Below, one piece after another: positions 25,481 through 40,850 of a DNA stretch of 64,000 nucleotides. A model generated the notes under the pieces. The model worked only from the letters and a program-made list of their open reading frames with translations. It made no database searches and had not been told where the DNA came from. Every line of letters begins with the position of its first letter. The stretch's first letter is position 1. The DNA is from Escherichia coli (GTDB taxonomy: Bacteria > Pseudomonadota > Gammaproteobacteria > Enterobacterales > Enterobacteriaceae): NCBI RefSeq assembly GCF_003334815.1, contig NZ_QOWO01000005.1; one strand, given 5' to 3'. Both the position numbers and the translations under genes were made by a program.

Positions 25481-25801
25481 TCAGGCGGCTTTCTTGAGGC
25501 AGGCACTCATAAACTTATTACGATCATCACCTTTCAGAGATTGTTGTGTTGCTTGATTATTGCATTCGCGCATCTTTTGCTGCTGTGGCGTCAAACTTTT
25601 TTCGCCAGGCGCAGACTTGCTGTTCTTCAGGCAATCACTCATGTAGGTCTTACGAGCATCCCCTTTCAACGCCTGCGCCGTCGCCTGCTGATTACAGGAG
25701 GTCATACGCTGTTGTTGTGGGGTTAAAGTTCTCTCGGCAGCGCCGACGGTGGTTAAAAAAACCAGACCGAAAAGCAAGGTAACCAGTAATGTTATTTTCA
25801 T
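25481..25801 (-). CDS. psiF: Phosphate starvation-inducible protein PsiF
   Basis: MKITLLVTLLFGLVFLTTVGA signal peptide; internally duplicated ...CLKKAA motif; downstream of phoA. Confidence 0.85.
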   Translation of the reverse strand: MKITLLVTLLFGLVFLTTVGAAERTLTPQQQRMTSCNQQATAQALKGDARKTYMSDCLKNSKSAPGEKSLTPQQQKMRECNNQATQQSLKGDDRNKFMSACLKKAA

Positions 25802-25873
25802 AGCACCATCCCTCTTCATGTTTTAACCATGAGCGTATGCGCCCGTGATCTGCCATTAAGTCTGGTTGCTAAC

Positions 25874-25914
25874 AGCAAAAAAACCACCCGGCAGCGAAAA
25901 TTCACTGCCGGGCG
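25874..25914 (-). terminator. phoA rho-independent terminator
   Basis: Minus strand cccggcag-tgaattttcg-ctgccggg followed by a T8 run. Confidence 0.75.
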
Positions 25915-25919
25915 CGGTT

Positions 25920-27335
25920 TTATTTCAGCCCCAGAGCGGCTTTCATGGTGTAGAAGAGATCGGTCTGGTCGGTCAGTCCAACAACATTGGCGGCATGCGG
26001 GCCATACGCCGCAATACGCAACTGACTGCCGGTATGTTCTTGTGAATCCTCTTCGGAGTTCCCGTAACTCATCACCATCACTGCGCCATCTTTGGTATTT
26101 AGCGCCTGGGTGAGGCCCGGAGCTTTGGTATCCGGCGCAACAATCTGGCTGGCGTGGGCGTGATCAGCGGTGACTATGACCAGCGTGTTACCCTCCTTTT
26201 TAGCGAATTCCAGCGCCCGTTGTACGGCTTCATCGAGATCGACCGTCTCGCCAATTTGCCCACAAGGATTCGCAGCATGATCCTGTTTATCGATTGACGC
26301 ACCTTCAACTTGCAGGAAAAAGCCTTTCTCATTTTTACTCAACAATTCAATGGCTTTGTCGGTCATCTGCGCCAGGGTTGGTACACTGTCATTACGTTGC
26401 GGATTTGGCGTACAGGTGACTGCGGGCTTATCGATATTGCCATGGTACGTTGCTTTCGGTCCTAGCCAGCGCACTGGCATATTGCCGTCAGCAAACAGGC
26501 CAAGCAGGGGTTTTTGCTGATTCGCTTCCGTCACCGAATTCAGTGAGGCAGCATCGCTCACCAACTGATAACCACGCGCCTGTGCCTGTTCACGCAGCGT
26601 TTTTCCCTGCCATTCACCAGCGGTTGCCGTTTCAGCAAAGGTTTTTGCGCCGCCGCCAAGCGTAACGTCGGCACGAGCGTTAAGCAGCTGTTCGGTAATC
26701 GATCCTTTTCCGCCTTTTTCCAGAGCGTTACCCGGACATTTTTCACTGGTCGCGCTCGGACCGTAGCATTTGCGCGAGGTCACATGTGCCACCAGCGCAG
26801 CGGGCGTGGCATCCTGCAACTCTGCGGTAGAAACGTTACCGGTCGCCAGACCTGCGGCTTTTGCCATTTCCAGAATCGTTGGGTGATCTTTTTCGTGAAT
26901 ATCGACGCCCAGCGCGCCGTTATAGGTTTTGACACCGGTTGACCAGGCGGTTGCTGATGCAGCCGAGTCGGTGACGTAGTCCGGTTTGCCGGTTTTTTTA
27001 TTCAGCGCATAGTGAGTGTATTGCCCGGTAAGCGGTAAGGCATCTATACCTTTAAAAAAGCCGCCCGCACCTTCGGCATAATTACGTGCGGCAGTAATTT
27101 CCGAGTCCCCCATCCCATCGCCAATCAGCAAAATAATATTTTTTGCAGGTTTATCGCTAAGAGAATCACGCAGAGCGGCAGTCTGATCACCCGTTAAACG
27201 GCGAGCACCGCCGGGTGCAGTAATATCGCCCTGAGCAGCCCGGTTTTCCAGAACAGGCATTTCTGGTGTCCGGGCTTTTGTCACAGGGGTAAACAGTAAC
27301 GGTAAGAGTGCCAGTGCAATAGTGCTTTGTTTCAC
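25920..27335 (-). CDS. phoA: Alkaline phosphatase
   Basis: Recognised start (GTG) [21 protein letters not shown] signal peptide, then [22 protein letters not shown]; 471 aa. Confidence 0.95.
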   Translation of the reverse strand: MKQSTIALALLPLLFTPVTKARTPEMPVLENRAAQGDITAPGGARRLTGDQTAALRDSLSDKPAKNIILLIGDGMGDSEITAARNYAEGAGGFFKGIDALPLTGQYTHYALNKKTGKPDYVTDSAASATAWSTGVKTYNGALGVDIHEKDHPTILEMAKAAGLATGNVSTAELQDATPAALVAHVTSRKCYGPSATSEKCPGNALEKGGKGSITEQLLNARADVTLGGGAKTFAETATAGEWQGKTLREQAQARGYQLVSDAASLNSVTEANQQKPLLGLFADGNMPVRWLGPKATYHGNIDKPAVTCTPNPQRNDSVPTLAQMTDKAIELLSKNEKGFFLQVEGASIDKQDHAANPCGQIGETVDLDEAVQRALEFAKKEGNTLVIVTADHAHASQIVAPDTKAPGLTQALNTKDGAVMVMSYGNSEEDSQEHTGSQLRIAAYGPHAANVVGLTDQTDLFYTMKAALGLK

Positions 27336-27394
27336 TTTATTTTCTCCATGTACAAATACATTAAAAAATAAAAACAAAGCGACTATAAGTCTCG

Positions 27395-27418
27395 GCCGTG
27401 ACAACTTTATGACAGCTG
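27395..27418 (-). promoter_or_regulatory. Pho box of the phoA promoter
   Basis: Minus strand CTGTCATAAAGTTGTCAC about 60-80 nt upstream of the phoA start. Confidence 0.75.
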
Positions 27419-27435
27419 TTGAAAAGATTAACTTT

Positions 27436-27696
27436 TTACTGACGAGGATGCTTCAATAACTTCTTTACGTAATCGCGCAGCAGCTCCGTATCGTCGTCAG
27501 GAATGCTGGCATCGGGCTTTACCTCGTACAGCGCCCCCTCTACCTGATCAATCAACCGCTGTTGGTCATTTTGCGCCATATTGCGAAGCATTGCAGTGAC
27601 GATAATCTCCAAAGCTTCTACCTGCGCACACAGTTCTTTCGACTCTTCTTCTTTTTGGGCAAGCTTAAATAACAACTCAGCAATGAGATTTTTCAT
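27436..27696 (-). CDS. iraP: Anti-adaptor protein IraP (YaiB)
   Basis: 86-aa [36 protein letters not shown]. Confidence 0.9.
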
Positions 27697-28158
27697 GTCT
27701 GTATTTCCTTATCCAAAGTATGGAGAAGTTAACATTATGTTTCACAACTTCATAGTGTCTGGAAGTATTATTTTTATGACAAAGGAAATACTTTGCGCAA
27801 ATATTTTTTGTTTGATTACCAGCGAAACGTTTCTCTTATTTAAATAATTACCCACACAAAATATAGGCTTTTAATTATCAACCTTTATTATAAATAAAAG
27901 TTATGAAATATATTCTCTTCGTTAACTTATAATTAAGAGAAAAAAACTCACCGCATGGCCATTTAAGCCAGGAATAAATTAGCTTCCCGTTCATCATTTT
28001 TGTGATCTTGCGCACATCTTTGAGATAACGCACTTTCTTCACCAGTACGTTGCACGCTTTGTCAGCAGAAGATTGCAACAATCTTTCAGAAGGCCGCGAA
28101 TCCCCCGTTTTGTCGTGGTAATGTATGCACTTTGTGTTAGACGGGATAGGTTTTTAAG

Positions 28159-29253
28159 ATGGAAAAACTGCGGGTAGGAATCGTTTTTGGTGGTAAATCA
28201 GCGGAACATGAAGTGTCTCTGCAATCGGCAAAAAACATTGTCGATGCCATTGATAAAAGTCGCTTCGACGTTGTGCTGCTGGGCATTGATAAACAAGGGC
28301 AATGGCACGTCAGCGATGCCAGCAATTATCTGCTAAATGCAGACGATCCTGCCCATATTGCGTTGCGCCCTTCGGCGACCAGCCTTGCGCAGGTGCCAGG
28401 TAAACATGAGCATCAGCTTATCGACGCGCAAAACGGTCAGCCGTTGCCGACGGTGGATGTCATTTTCCCGATTGTCCACGGTACGCTGGGCGAAGATGGT
28501 TCCTTGCAGGGAATGCTGCGGGTCGCCAATTTACCGTTTGTAGGTTCTGATGTTCTGGCTTCAGCAGCCTGTATGGACAAAGATGTCACCAAACGTCTGC
28601 TACGCGATGCCGGGCTGAACATTGCGCCATTTATTACCCTGACGCGCGCCAATCGTCACAACATTAGTTTTGCCGAAGTGGAGTCTAAACTGGGGTTACC
28701 ACTGTTTGTAAAACCGGCTAATCAGGGCTCTTCTGTTGGTGTCAGCAAAGTAACCAGTGAAGAACAGTACGCAATTGCCGTCGATCTGGCGTTCGAGTTC
28801 GATCATAAAGTGATCGTTGAGCAAGGGATCAAAGGTCGTGAGATCGAATGCGCAGTTCTGGGCAACGACAATCCGCAAGCCAGCACCTGTGGAGAGATCG
28901 TACTCACCAGCGATTTCTATGCCTACGACACCAAGTACATTGACGAAGATGGCGCGAAAGTGGTAGTTCCGGCAGCCATTGCGCCAGAAATCAACGATAA
29001 GATCCGGGCGATTGCCGTTCAGGCTTATCAAACGTTGGGATGCGCAGGCATGGCGCGTGTAGACGTGTTTTTAACCCCAGAGAACGAAGTGGTGATCAAC
29101 GAGATCAACACCCTGCCTGGCTTCACTAATATCAGTATGTATCCGAAGCTGTGGCAAGCCAGCGGTCTGGGTTACACCGATCTGATCACACGTTTGATTG
29201 AACTGGCGCTGGAGCGTCACGCTGCGGATAACGCATTGAAAACCACAATGTAA
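28159..29253 (+). CDS. ddlA: D-alanine--D-alanine ligase A
   Basis: 364-aa [34 protein letters not shown]; ATP-grasp. Confidence 0.95.
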   Translation: MEKLRVGIVFGGKSAEHEVSLQSAKNIVDAIDKSRFDVVLLGIDKQGQWHVSDASNYLLNADDPAHIALRPSATSLAQVPGKHEHQLIDAQNGQPLPTVDVIFPIVHGTLGEDGSLQGMLRVANLPFVGSDVLASAACMDKDVTKRLLRDAGLNIAPFITLTRANRHNISFAEVESKLGLPLFVKPANQGSSVGVSKVTSEEQYAIAVDLAFEFDHKVIVEQGIKGREIECAVLGNDNPQASTCGEIVLTSDFYAYDTKYIDEDGAKVVVPAAIAPEINDKIRAIAVQAYQTLGCAGMARVDVFLTPENEVVINEINTLPGFTNISMYPKLWQASGLGYTDLITRLIELALERHAADNALKTTM

Positions 29254-29259
29254 TATTTT

Positions 29260-29290
29260 AACGCCCGATAATATTCTTATTGGGCGTTTT
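29260..29290. terminator. Hairpin between convergent ddlA and yaiZ (likely bidirectional terminator)
   Basis: aacgcccgataa-tattc-ttattgggcgtt followed by tttt. Confidence 0.5.
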
Positions 29291-29489
29291 CAGTTTCTTC
29301 ATCGCGACGACGAATAATCAACCCCGCCAGCCAGAAACTAATCACCCACGTCACCAGACCGACGGCATAGGTCTGCCAACCTTTTGCTTCAAATCCCAGT
29401 AACCCCACCACGCCATTAAGAATGAATATAAGGCCAATGGCGAACGCATAGTAGTGCCAGTCACGGCGGATTTTTACAGGCAGATTCAT
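29277..29489 (-). CDS. yaiZ: Small membrane protein YaiZ (about 70 aa)
   Basis: MNLPVKIRRDWHYYAFAIGLIFILNGVVGLLGF within ORF 29277..29621; start uncertain. Confidence 0.6.
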   Translation of the reverse strand: MNLPVKIRRDWHYYAFAIGLIFILNGVVGLLGFEAKGWQTYAVGLVTWVISFWLAGLIIRRRDEETENAQ

Positions 29490-29748
29490 GGCAGCTCCGT
29501 TAACGAAAAACAACATCCTTGCATATTCTGCAACAACCGTCTGTGGTGTAGACAACATTTTCGTAATTGTTAATAAATTTAACTTAAGGTTGCCATTTTG
29601 TGACTCACAACGAAGATTCACGCTTCGGGAATATTCCCAACATCAATTTACCATGATTCTGATATTGACAATCTAAATGACCTGTCAGACTTGCCATAAG
29701 CCGCTGGTATCACACCAGAAGAGAAGCAGATGACTTCCGGAGGTTTTT

Positions 29749-30057
29749 ATGGCTGATTTCACCCTGTCAAAATCGCTGTTTAGCGGAAAATATCGCAATG
29801 CCTCTTCAACGCCTGGCAACATTGCCTATGCGTTGTTTGTGCTGTTTTGCTTTTGGGCTGGGGCGCAATTGCTGAACCTGTTAGTGCATGCGCCCGGCGT
29901 CTATGAGCGTTTAATGCAGGTCCAGGAAACAGGTCGCCCACGGGTGGAAATTGGTTTAGGTGTCGGCACCATTTTCGGGCTGATCCCGTTTTTAGTAGGC
30001 TGCCTCATTTTTGCAGTGGTGGCGCTATGGCTGCACTGGCGACATCGCCGCCAGTAA
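29749..30057 (+). CDS. yaiY: Inner membrane protein YaiY
   Basis: 102-aa [36 protein letters not shown], two TM helices. Confidence 0.8.
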
Positions 30058-30071
30058 GTTTTACATTGTCA

Positions 30072-30101
30072 GATGCGGCCTGAAACGCCTTATCTGGCCT
30101 G
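30072..30101. repeat. REP-like palindromic remnant
   Basis: cagatgcggcctgaaacgccttatctggcctgac resembles the REP consensus. Confidence 0.45.
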
Positions 30102-30115
30102 ACATTCCTGTTTGA

Positions 30116-31210
30116 TCACTGTTTCATACAACGCGCCCGCCGTTCGTCTACGCGCTTCGCAAACCAGGCCGTAGTCAGGTTGCGGGTGATTTTCGGGCTT
30201 TCCAGTTGAATGCCAGGCAACATTTCGCGGGGGAGTGATTTACCCGTTTTCGTTTCGGCAAGTTGATAAACTTTCTTGTACAGCGCCGTCTCCTCAAAAG
30301 AGAAGCTGTCACCTTTCTCTAACTGACGGCGAATTTCGCTGTCGCTCATCCCCAGTTTTGCAGCCAGTTTGCGCGTTGCCAGTTCGGTTTTCCCGGGTTC
30401 TTTACTGTCGTAACGAATTAAATCACCGTCCAGTGCCAGCTTCACGCCGCTGGCCTTACTGACCGCGTTCTGAAACGCGGCATTACGGCTGGCGTACCAG
30501 CCAGCGTTAAAATCAGCAAAACGGTATATCGGTGCGCTATAACTGGCGGGATAATTCAGTAAATGGTAAGTACCAAACCACAACCCGCCGCGGCGACTGA
30601 AGACTTCCTGACGGACTGTACCGTCCATTTTCCACGGATACCCTTTGGTATGCTGTTCGGCAAAAGCAATGCTGACCTGCATCGGCCCACCGGTGCGCAC
30701 CGGATTGAGCGAACCAAACAGCGTCTGCCCCATTGGCACCATGTTGATCAGATCGTCAAAAATCGCGCTCAATTGCTTTTCTGTACGCACCGAATCTAAC
30801 CGTTCGCTATAACTTTTGCCGTTTGGCGATTTGATTTTTAGCGCGGTATGAACCAGAAAAGCAGGAATGTGCATCCGTTCAGCACGACGGTCAATCTCTT
30901 GCCAGGCGATCTTGCTTAAGCCCGGAACGGCCGGATCTGCCTGATAATTTGACTCCTGCTGCGCCACCGCCAGCACCGAGCAGACGTTTTCCAGCGTCGG
31001 TGCCAGCCCCTGACTTTCAAAGGTGGTGGCGAGATCTTTCGCCCAGGCATCGCGGTCTTTCACGCTCGCAGGCATCTTCTGCCGCACGACGCTCGCTACA
31101 TCTATCGCTTTTTCGCCCTTTTTCAACGGTTGCGGAGCCTGACTACTACACCCCGCTAAAACCAGAACCGCCAACAATGACAGCGAAGATAGAGGATTGA
31201 CGCGCGACAT
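30116..31210 (-). CDS. yaiW: Lipoprotein YaiW (DUF1615)
   Basis: 364-aa ORF with lipobox LAGCSS. Confidence 0.85.
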   Translation of the reverse strand: MSRVNPLSSLSLLAVLVLAGCSSQAPQPLKKGEKAIDVASVVRQKMPASVKDRDAWAKDLATTFESQGLAPTLENVCSVLAVAQQESNYQADPAVPGLSKIAWQEIDRRAERMHIPAFLVHTALKIKSPNGKSYSERLDSVRTEKQLSAIFDDLINMVPMGQTLFGSLNPVRTGGPMQVSIAFAEQHTKGYPWKMDGTVRQEVFSRRGGLWFGTYHLLNYPASYSAPIYRFADFNAGWYASRNAAFQNAVSKASGVKLALDGDLIRYDSKEPGKTELATRKLAAKLGMSDSEIRRQLEKGDSFSFEETALYKKVYQLAETKTGKSLPREMLPGIQLESPKITRNLTTAWFAKRVDERRARCMKQ

Positions 31211-31222
31211 TACTTCTCCTTT

Positions 31223-32443
31223 TTAGCTCAAGGTATGGGTTACTTCCTGAATTTTGTCACCATCCAGCTCATGTTCAAAGCTGCGCAGACGTTTGTAGAT
31301 AGACATCAACTCAACCAGTGTGGTCCATGAGTTAATCAGGTACTGGAAAGCACCGCGAACCTGACCAAAAACGTTGGTAATCTGCGTCATCAGGCCGAGC
31401 GTAATCGTACCGGCAACAATTGACGGAAACAGCAAGAACAAACCGAAAACGTTATCGACCTGCAAATAGAGAATGCGGGCGATGTTGAAATACATATAGT
31501 GAAAATAGAGGCGGAAATAGTTTTTCCGTACGGCGCTAAACAGCTCGCGTACCGTAGGCGGCGTCGCGCGCGTGGCATCGTCTTCACCATAAACCAGCTC
31601 TTTACGGTAGGCAGCCTCTACACGCTGGTTTTTAAACTCCAGCCCCGGCAGTTTGATCCCTACCACTGCCAGCAATCCGGTCCCCATCAGCGACCAGACG
31701 ATTGCGGCAATCACCAGACCATACGGAATGTGCCCGATAATCGGCAGCTCCGGCACATGCGCGGAGAGCGTTACCAGCACCGGCAGGAAGGCGATCAACG
31801 TCATGATGGCGTTGATAAAACTGACGCCCATATTCTCCAGCGTTGAAGCAAAACGCATGGTGTCTTCCTGCACACGCTGTGCGGCCCCTTCGATATGACG
31901 CAGTTGTTGCCAGTTCGCCATGTAATATTCGTTCATCGCTGTACGCCAGCGGAACACGTAGTGACTGACAAAGAAGTTGTTCAGCACACTGATCACCACA
32001 GCGATCAGCGCAATCCCCAGAAAGACGCCCACTTCGCGGTAAAATTGTTCGATGGTGACTTTATGCGGCGAACTTAGCGCGGTTTGAATCAGATCATAGA
32101 ACGGCGCATACCAGGCGTTGACGGCGACCCCGACTTCCACCAAAAACCAGGTGACGAAGATGATCAGTGCAGTACCGAGTATTGACCAGTATTGCCAACG
32201 ATGCGGGCTGTAGATAAACCAGAACAATGCAAAAAGTCCTACGCAAACAATGTAGTAAGCGTAAAAAATCAGGAAATCCAACGACCAGAAACGCGCGGCG
32301 CTAATCGGGATCTGCCCGGAAGCGCCGGTGATACGCGCCACCCAGTCACCCCCACCGGCTTGCCAGAAGATAACGGCAATCAATGCCCAAACGAAGGCCG
32401 AGAGAAAAAACGTTCCCGGCTTTGGGAAAAAAGACTTAAACAT
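31223..32443 (-). CDS. sbmA: Peptide antibiotic/microcin transporter SbmA
   Basis: [24 protein letters not shown] (start at third codon of ORF 31223..32449); ABC-TMD-like. Confidence 0.9.
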   Translation of the reverse strand: MFKSFFPKPGTFFLSAFVWALIAVIFWQAGGGDWVARITGASGQIPISAARFWSLDFLIFYAYYIVCVGLFALFWFIYSPHRWQYWSILGTALIIFVTWFLVEVGVAVNAWYAPFYDLIQTALSSPHKVTIEQFYREVGVFLGIALIAVVISVLNNFFVSHYVFRWRTAMNEYYMANWQQLRHIEGAAQRVQEDTMRFASTLENMGVSFINAIMTLIAFLPVLVTLSAHVPELPIIGHIPYGLVIAAIVWSLMGTGLLAVVGIKLPGLEFKNQRVEAAYRKELVYGEDDATRATPPTVRELFSAVRKNYFRLYFHYMYFNIARILYLQVDNVFGLFLLFPSIVAGTITLGLMTQITNVFGQVRGAFQYLINSWTTLVELMSIYKRLRSFEHELDGDKIQEVTHTLS

Positions 32444-32794
32444 ATGCACTCCTGCTAACTTCTTATCGTTTTAACAACTGCTGTGTATTAACCGCATGAC
32501 CGCTACAAAGCGTCAGCCAAATGAAACCGCCCATTGTGACCCATAGCAAGGCGCTTAGTTCGCCAGCCTGACCATAAGAATTGTTTCGACGGATTTCACA
32601 AACCAAAGATTGTTTACATAAGCGGATTAACACGCGCAGGATCACAAATGCAGGCATTGGTGAGCAGGAAAAAGATCGTGTTTACGCGCCGTTACGTTTT
32701 TAACACTATTATTGCACTAATTCGCCCTTTGCAATCTATCAATGAGTAGTATAAATACGCTCAGTTACCTTCATTCAATCTATGGACACCACCG

Positions 32795-33952
32795 TTGAAA
32801 CGTAGTCTGCTTTTTTCTGCCGTGCTGTGTGCGGCGTCATTGACCTCCGTCCATGCGGCGCAGCCGATCACTGAACCGGAGTTTGCCTCTGATATTGTCG
32901 ATCGTTATGCCGATCATATTTTTTACGGCAGCGGTGCCACGGGGATGGCTCTGGTTGTTATCGACGGTAACCAGCGCGTCTTTCGCAGTTATGGCGAAAC
33001 GCGACCTGGTAATAACGTTCGCCCGCAGCTGGATTCGGTCGTGCGTATTGCTTCCCTCACCAAGCTAATGACCAGTGAGATGCTGGTGAAATTGCTCGAC
33101 CAGGGGACCGTGAAGTTAAACGATCCGCTAAGTAAATATGCTCCGCCAGGCGCACGCGTGCCAACCTACAATGGGACGCCCATTACGCTGGTCAATCTGG
33201 CAACCCATACCAGCGCCCTGCCCCGTGAACAGCCCGGTGGCGCGGCACATCGTCCGGTGTTTGTCTGGCCAACGCGCGAGCAACGCTGGAAATACCTTTC
33301 TACGGCGAAGCTGAAAGCCGCGCCAGGCAGTCAGGCGGCGTACTCTAACCTTGCGTTCGACCTGCTGGCAGATGCACTGGCGAATGCGTCCGGCAAGCCT
33401 TATACCCAGTTGTTTGAAGAGCAGATTACCCGTCCATTGGGGATGAAAGACACCACCTACACCCCCTCACCGGATCAGTGCCGCCGTTTAATGGTTGCTG
33501 AGCGCGGTGCCAGTCCGTGCAATAACACGCTGGCGGCAATTGGCAGCGGCGGCGTCTATTCCACGCCTGGCGATATGATGCGCTGGATGCAGCAGTATTT
33601 GTCATCTGATTTTTATCAGCGCAGTAACCAGGCAGATCGCATGCAGACGTTGATTTATCAGCGCGCGCAGTTTACGAAAGTGATTGGCATGGATGTCCCC
33701 GGCAAAGCGGATGCGCTTGGTTTAGGTTGGGTATATATGGCCCCGAAAGAGGGTCGTCCGGGGATTATTCAGAAGACAGGCGGTGGTGGCGGTTTCATTA
33801 CCTATATGGCGATGATCCCGCAGAAGAATATTGGCGCGTTTGTGGTGGTCACTCGTTCGCCGTTGACGCGCTTTAAAAATATGAGCGATGGCATCAATGA
33901 CCTGGTGACCGAGCTAAGCGGGAATAAACCGTTGGTTATCCCCGCGTCCTGA
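32795..33952 (+). CDS. ampH: D-alanyl-D-alanine carboxypeptidase/endopeptidase AmpH (class C beta-lactamase-like PBP)
   Basis: 385-aa ORF with signal peptide and SxxK motif (IASLTK). Confidence 0.9.
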   Translation: MKRSLLFSAVLCAASLTSVHAAQPITEPEFASDIVDRYADHIFYGSGATGMALVVIDGNQRVFRSYGETRPGNNVRPQLDSVVRIASLTKLMTSEMLVKLLDQGTVKLNDPLSKYAPPGARVPTYNGTPITLVNLATHTSALPREQPGGAAHRPVFVWPTREQRWKYLSTAKLKAAPGSQAAYSNLAFDLLADALANASGKPYTQLFEEQITRPLGMKDTTYTPSPDQCRRLMVAERGASPCNNTLAAIGSGGVYSTPGDMMRWMQQYLSSDFYQRSNQADRMQTLIYQRAQFTKVIGMDVPGKADALGLGWVYMAPKEGRPGIIQKTGGGGGFITYMAMIPQKNIGAFVVVTRSPLTRFKNMSDGINDLVTELSGNKPLVIPAS

Positions 33953-34641
<689 letters not shown>

Positions 34642-34642
34642 T

Positions 34643-37570
<2,928 letters not shown>

Positions 37571-38093
37571 TTGTCATCCCTCCTCAGGGACGTAATAAGT
37601 TGATCCATCAATTATCAATGCATAGAAAACATATTATGTTTCGCGCTAACGATTATGCTGCGTTACAGACGAATGGTTCAATTATTCTTTCCCCTAAGTC
37701 CGAATGTGGACATATATAATTTATGGAGAAAAACACGCATCAAATTCATAAAAGCACAGTATTTCAACATGTTGCAGATAATTTTGTTTTTGAAGCATAC
37801 GCATAATAAATATCACAAACACAAACCAGATAAATATCCTATGAATATGCAACAAAGTTTTAATTATTCAATTTATAGCAGCGCAACCAAACTCCAAAAA
37901 ATAATAACCAACAGCTATAAATAAAGATTAAAAATATTTTCAGTGAATATAAAATTATTGCTGTTTCTATTAAAAAGATGTCCTGGCCTCTCTTCCATTC
38001 TCTTCTTGTCAACATCGCGACAACTTTCGTAAAACATCCCTACCCTGCTTCAGGTATACTATGCCCCTCGATTCCACAAACATCAGGCAGACC

Positions 38094-39068
38094 ATGACAG
38101 ACTTAATCCAACGCCCTCGTCGCCTGCGCAAATCTCCTGCGCTGCGCGCTATGTTTGAAGAGACAACACTTAGCCTTAACGACCTGGTGTTGCCGATCTT
38201 TGTTGAAGAAGAAATTGACGACTACAAAGCCGTTGAAGCCATGCCAGGCGTGATGCGCATTCCAGAGAAACATCTGGCACGCGAAATTGAACGCATCGCC
38301 AACGCCGGTATTCGTTCCGTGATGACTTTTGGCATCTCTCACCATACCGATGAAACCGGCAGCGATGCCTGGCGGGAAGATGGACTGGTGGCGCGTATGT
38401 CGCGCATCTGCAAGCAGACCGTGCCAGAAATGATCGTTATGTCAGACACCTGCTTCTGTGAATACACTTCTCACGGTCACTGCGGTGTGCTGTGCGAGCA
38501 TGGCGTCGACAACGACGCGACTCTGGAAAATTTAGGCAAGCAAGCCGTGGTTGCAGCTGCTGCAGGTGCAGACTTCATCGCCCCTTCCGCCGCGATGGAC
38601 GGCCAGGTACAGGCGATTCGTCAGGCGCTGGACGCTGCGGGATTTAAAGATACGGCGATTATGTCGTATTCGACCAAGTTCGCCTCCTCCTTTTATGGCC
38701 CGTTCCGTGAAGCTGCCGGAAGCGCATTAAAAGGCGACCGCAAAAGCTATCAGATGAACCCAATGAACCGTCGTGAGGCGATTCGTGAATCACTGCTGGA
38801 TGAAGCCCAGGGCGCAGACTGCCTGATGGTTAAACCTGCTGGAGCGTACCTCGACATCGTGCGTGAGCTGCGTGAACGTACTGAATTGCCGATTGGCGCG
38901 TATCAGGTGAGCGGTGAGTATGCGATGATTAAGTTCGCCGCGCTGGCGGGTGCTATAGATGAAGAGAAAGTCGTGCTCGAAAGCTTAGGTTCGATTAAGC
39001 GTGCGGGTGCGGATCTGATTTTCAGCTACTTTGCGCTGGATTTGGCTGAGAAGAAGATTCTGCGTTAA
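38094..39068 (+). CDS. hemB: Porphobilinogen synthase (delta-aminolevulinic acid dehydratase)
   Basis: Recognised start [31 protein letters not shown] within ORF 38061..39068. Confidence 0.95.
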
Positions 39069-39174
39069 TTTTGTTTCCTCTCAGAAAGGGGGAGTTAACC
39101 TGTTGAAAGTACGGTGAACGCCCCCTCACCCTAACCCTCTCCCCAAGGGGGCGAGGGGACCGTCCACTCTCGTA

Positions 39175-40026
39175 TTACCCCGCCCGATAAAACGGTTTAT
39201 CCCCAAGGATCGTCGCCCGATGCATTATCCGTCGCTGTGGCAGGTAATCGGCATTGGCATAGTGCTGGGTCACGCGGTTATCCCAAATCGCAATATCATT
39301 TGGTTGCCAGCGCCAGCGCACCTGAAACTCCGGTTTGGTGATATGGGCAAACAAAAAACTTAACAAGGCTTCGCTCTCTTTCTCGCTCACATCAACAATT
39401 CGCGTAGTAAAGCCTTCATTCACAAACAGCGCCTGTTTACCGCTCACCGGATGCGTTCGCACCACCGGATGTAGCAACGGCGGGTTTTTCGCGACCGCCT
39501 CGCGCCAGCGTTGATGTTCCTCCTCGGTTTTGCGGTATTTGTATTCCGGGAACGATTTACGGAAATCATGCTCCGCACGCAGCCCACTCAGCAGCTGGCG
39601 GAAGGGAACAGAGAGCGCCTCATAGGCCGCAATACCGCTGGTCCAGAGCGTATCACCGCCGGTCGAAGGTAACTCTTTAGCTGCCAGAATCGCCCCTGCG
39701 GGTGGCGTTTCAATAAATGTCACATCGGTATGCCAGTTGTCGTTATCTGGCGGATTATCGTTATGGGTATCCAGCACGATGATCTCGTCAACCCCTTCGG
39801 CATGCGGGTAAACAGGGTGAATATGCAATTCGCCAAAACGCTGGGCCAGCGCGCGTTGCTGCTGCGGCGTAATAGCTTGATCGCGTAGAAACACCACCTG
39901 ATGGCGCAGCACCGCATGGTAAAGCTGTTCAAACTGATTATCGCTTAACGGGCGCGTCAGGTCGGCACCCGAAATTTGTGCGCCGATATACGGCCCCAGC
40001 GGGGTAATGCTCAGACGTTCACTCAT
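39175..40026 (-). CDS. tauD: Taurine dioxygenase (alpha-ketoglutarate-dependent)
   Basis: 283-aa [42 protein letters not shown]. Confidence 0.95.
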
Positions 40027-40850
40027 TGTACTTCTCCATGCCAGGGCGTCAGGCGGCGCTGTAACGCGCGCAGACCCAGTTCTAAAAGAAAGGCGATAAT
40101 CGCAATCACCGCGATCCCCGCCAGCACCACGTCAGTTGCGAGAAATTCACCCGCTGACTGAACCATAAATCCTAAACCGCGCGTCGCGGCAATCAGCTCC
40201 GCCGCCACCAGCGTAGACCAGCCCACCCCCAGACCAATACGTAATCCGGTGAGGATTTCCGGCAGCGCACCGGGCAAAATGACAAACCACAGCACCTGCG
40301 CACGGCTGGCACCCAGCGACTGGGCGGCACGAATGCGAACCTGCTGCACGCTTTTCACCCCCGCCAGCGCCGACATCGCCACCGGTGCAAAAATCGCTAA
40401 ATAGATCAGTAAGATCTTCGAGGTTTCACCAATACCAAACCAGATCACCATCAGCGGCAAATAAGCCAGCGGCGGCACCGGACGATAAAGCTCGATTATC
40501 GGATCCAGAATGCCGCGTACCGTAGGGCTAAGTCCCATCGCGATCCCGACCGGAATACCGAACAACACCGCTGCAAATAGCGCCAGCATAATGCGCGTCA
40601 GACTGGCTGCCAGATGCTGCCACAGCGTGGCGTCCATAAAGCCTTGCGGTCCGGCAATGGTGAGTAGTTTTTCCAGTACCTGTTGCGGCGGCGGCAAAAA
40701 TAGCGGGCTAATCAGTTGCAGCGTCGCCACCGTCCACCATACGGTGAGTAAAACCGCTAACGTGCCAATGCTTAAGGTCACCTGACGCGAGAGCGGCCAG
40801 CGCCATTTCAGCCGCCGCGAATGCAGTTTTTCATTAATGAGCACACTCAT
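40023..40850 (-). CDS. tauC: Taurine ABC transporter permease
   Basis: 275-aa ORF, overlaps tauD start by 4 nt. Confidence 0.9.
   Translation of the reverse strand: MSVLINEKLHSRRLKWRWPLSRQVTLSIGTLAVLLTVWWTVATLQLISPLFLPPPQQVLEKLLTIAGPQGFMDATLWQHLAASLTRIMLALFAAVLFGIPVGIAMGLSPTVRGILDPIIELYRPVPPLAYLPLMVIWFGIGETSKILLIYLAIFAPVAMSALAGVKSVQQVRIRAAQSLGASRAQVLWFVILPGALPEILTGLRIGLGVGWSTLVAAELIAATRGLGFMVQSAGEFLATDVVLAGIAVIAIIAFLLELGLRALQRRLTPWHGEVQ

Noticed and set aside
27581-28081. Small ORFs (88 aa plus-strand, 67 aa minus-strand) between iraP and ddlA
   Set aside because: AT-rich promoter DNA with low-complexity translations. The plus-strand ORF overlaps iraP antisense. No support for coding.
32463-32657. 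64-aa ORF in the sbmA-ampH intergenic region
   Set aside because: No recognisable features and it lies in a divergent promoter region. Probably spurious, though not excluded without expression data.
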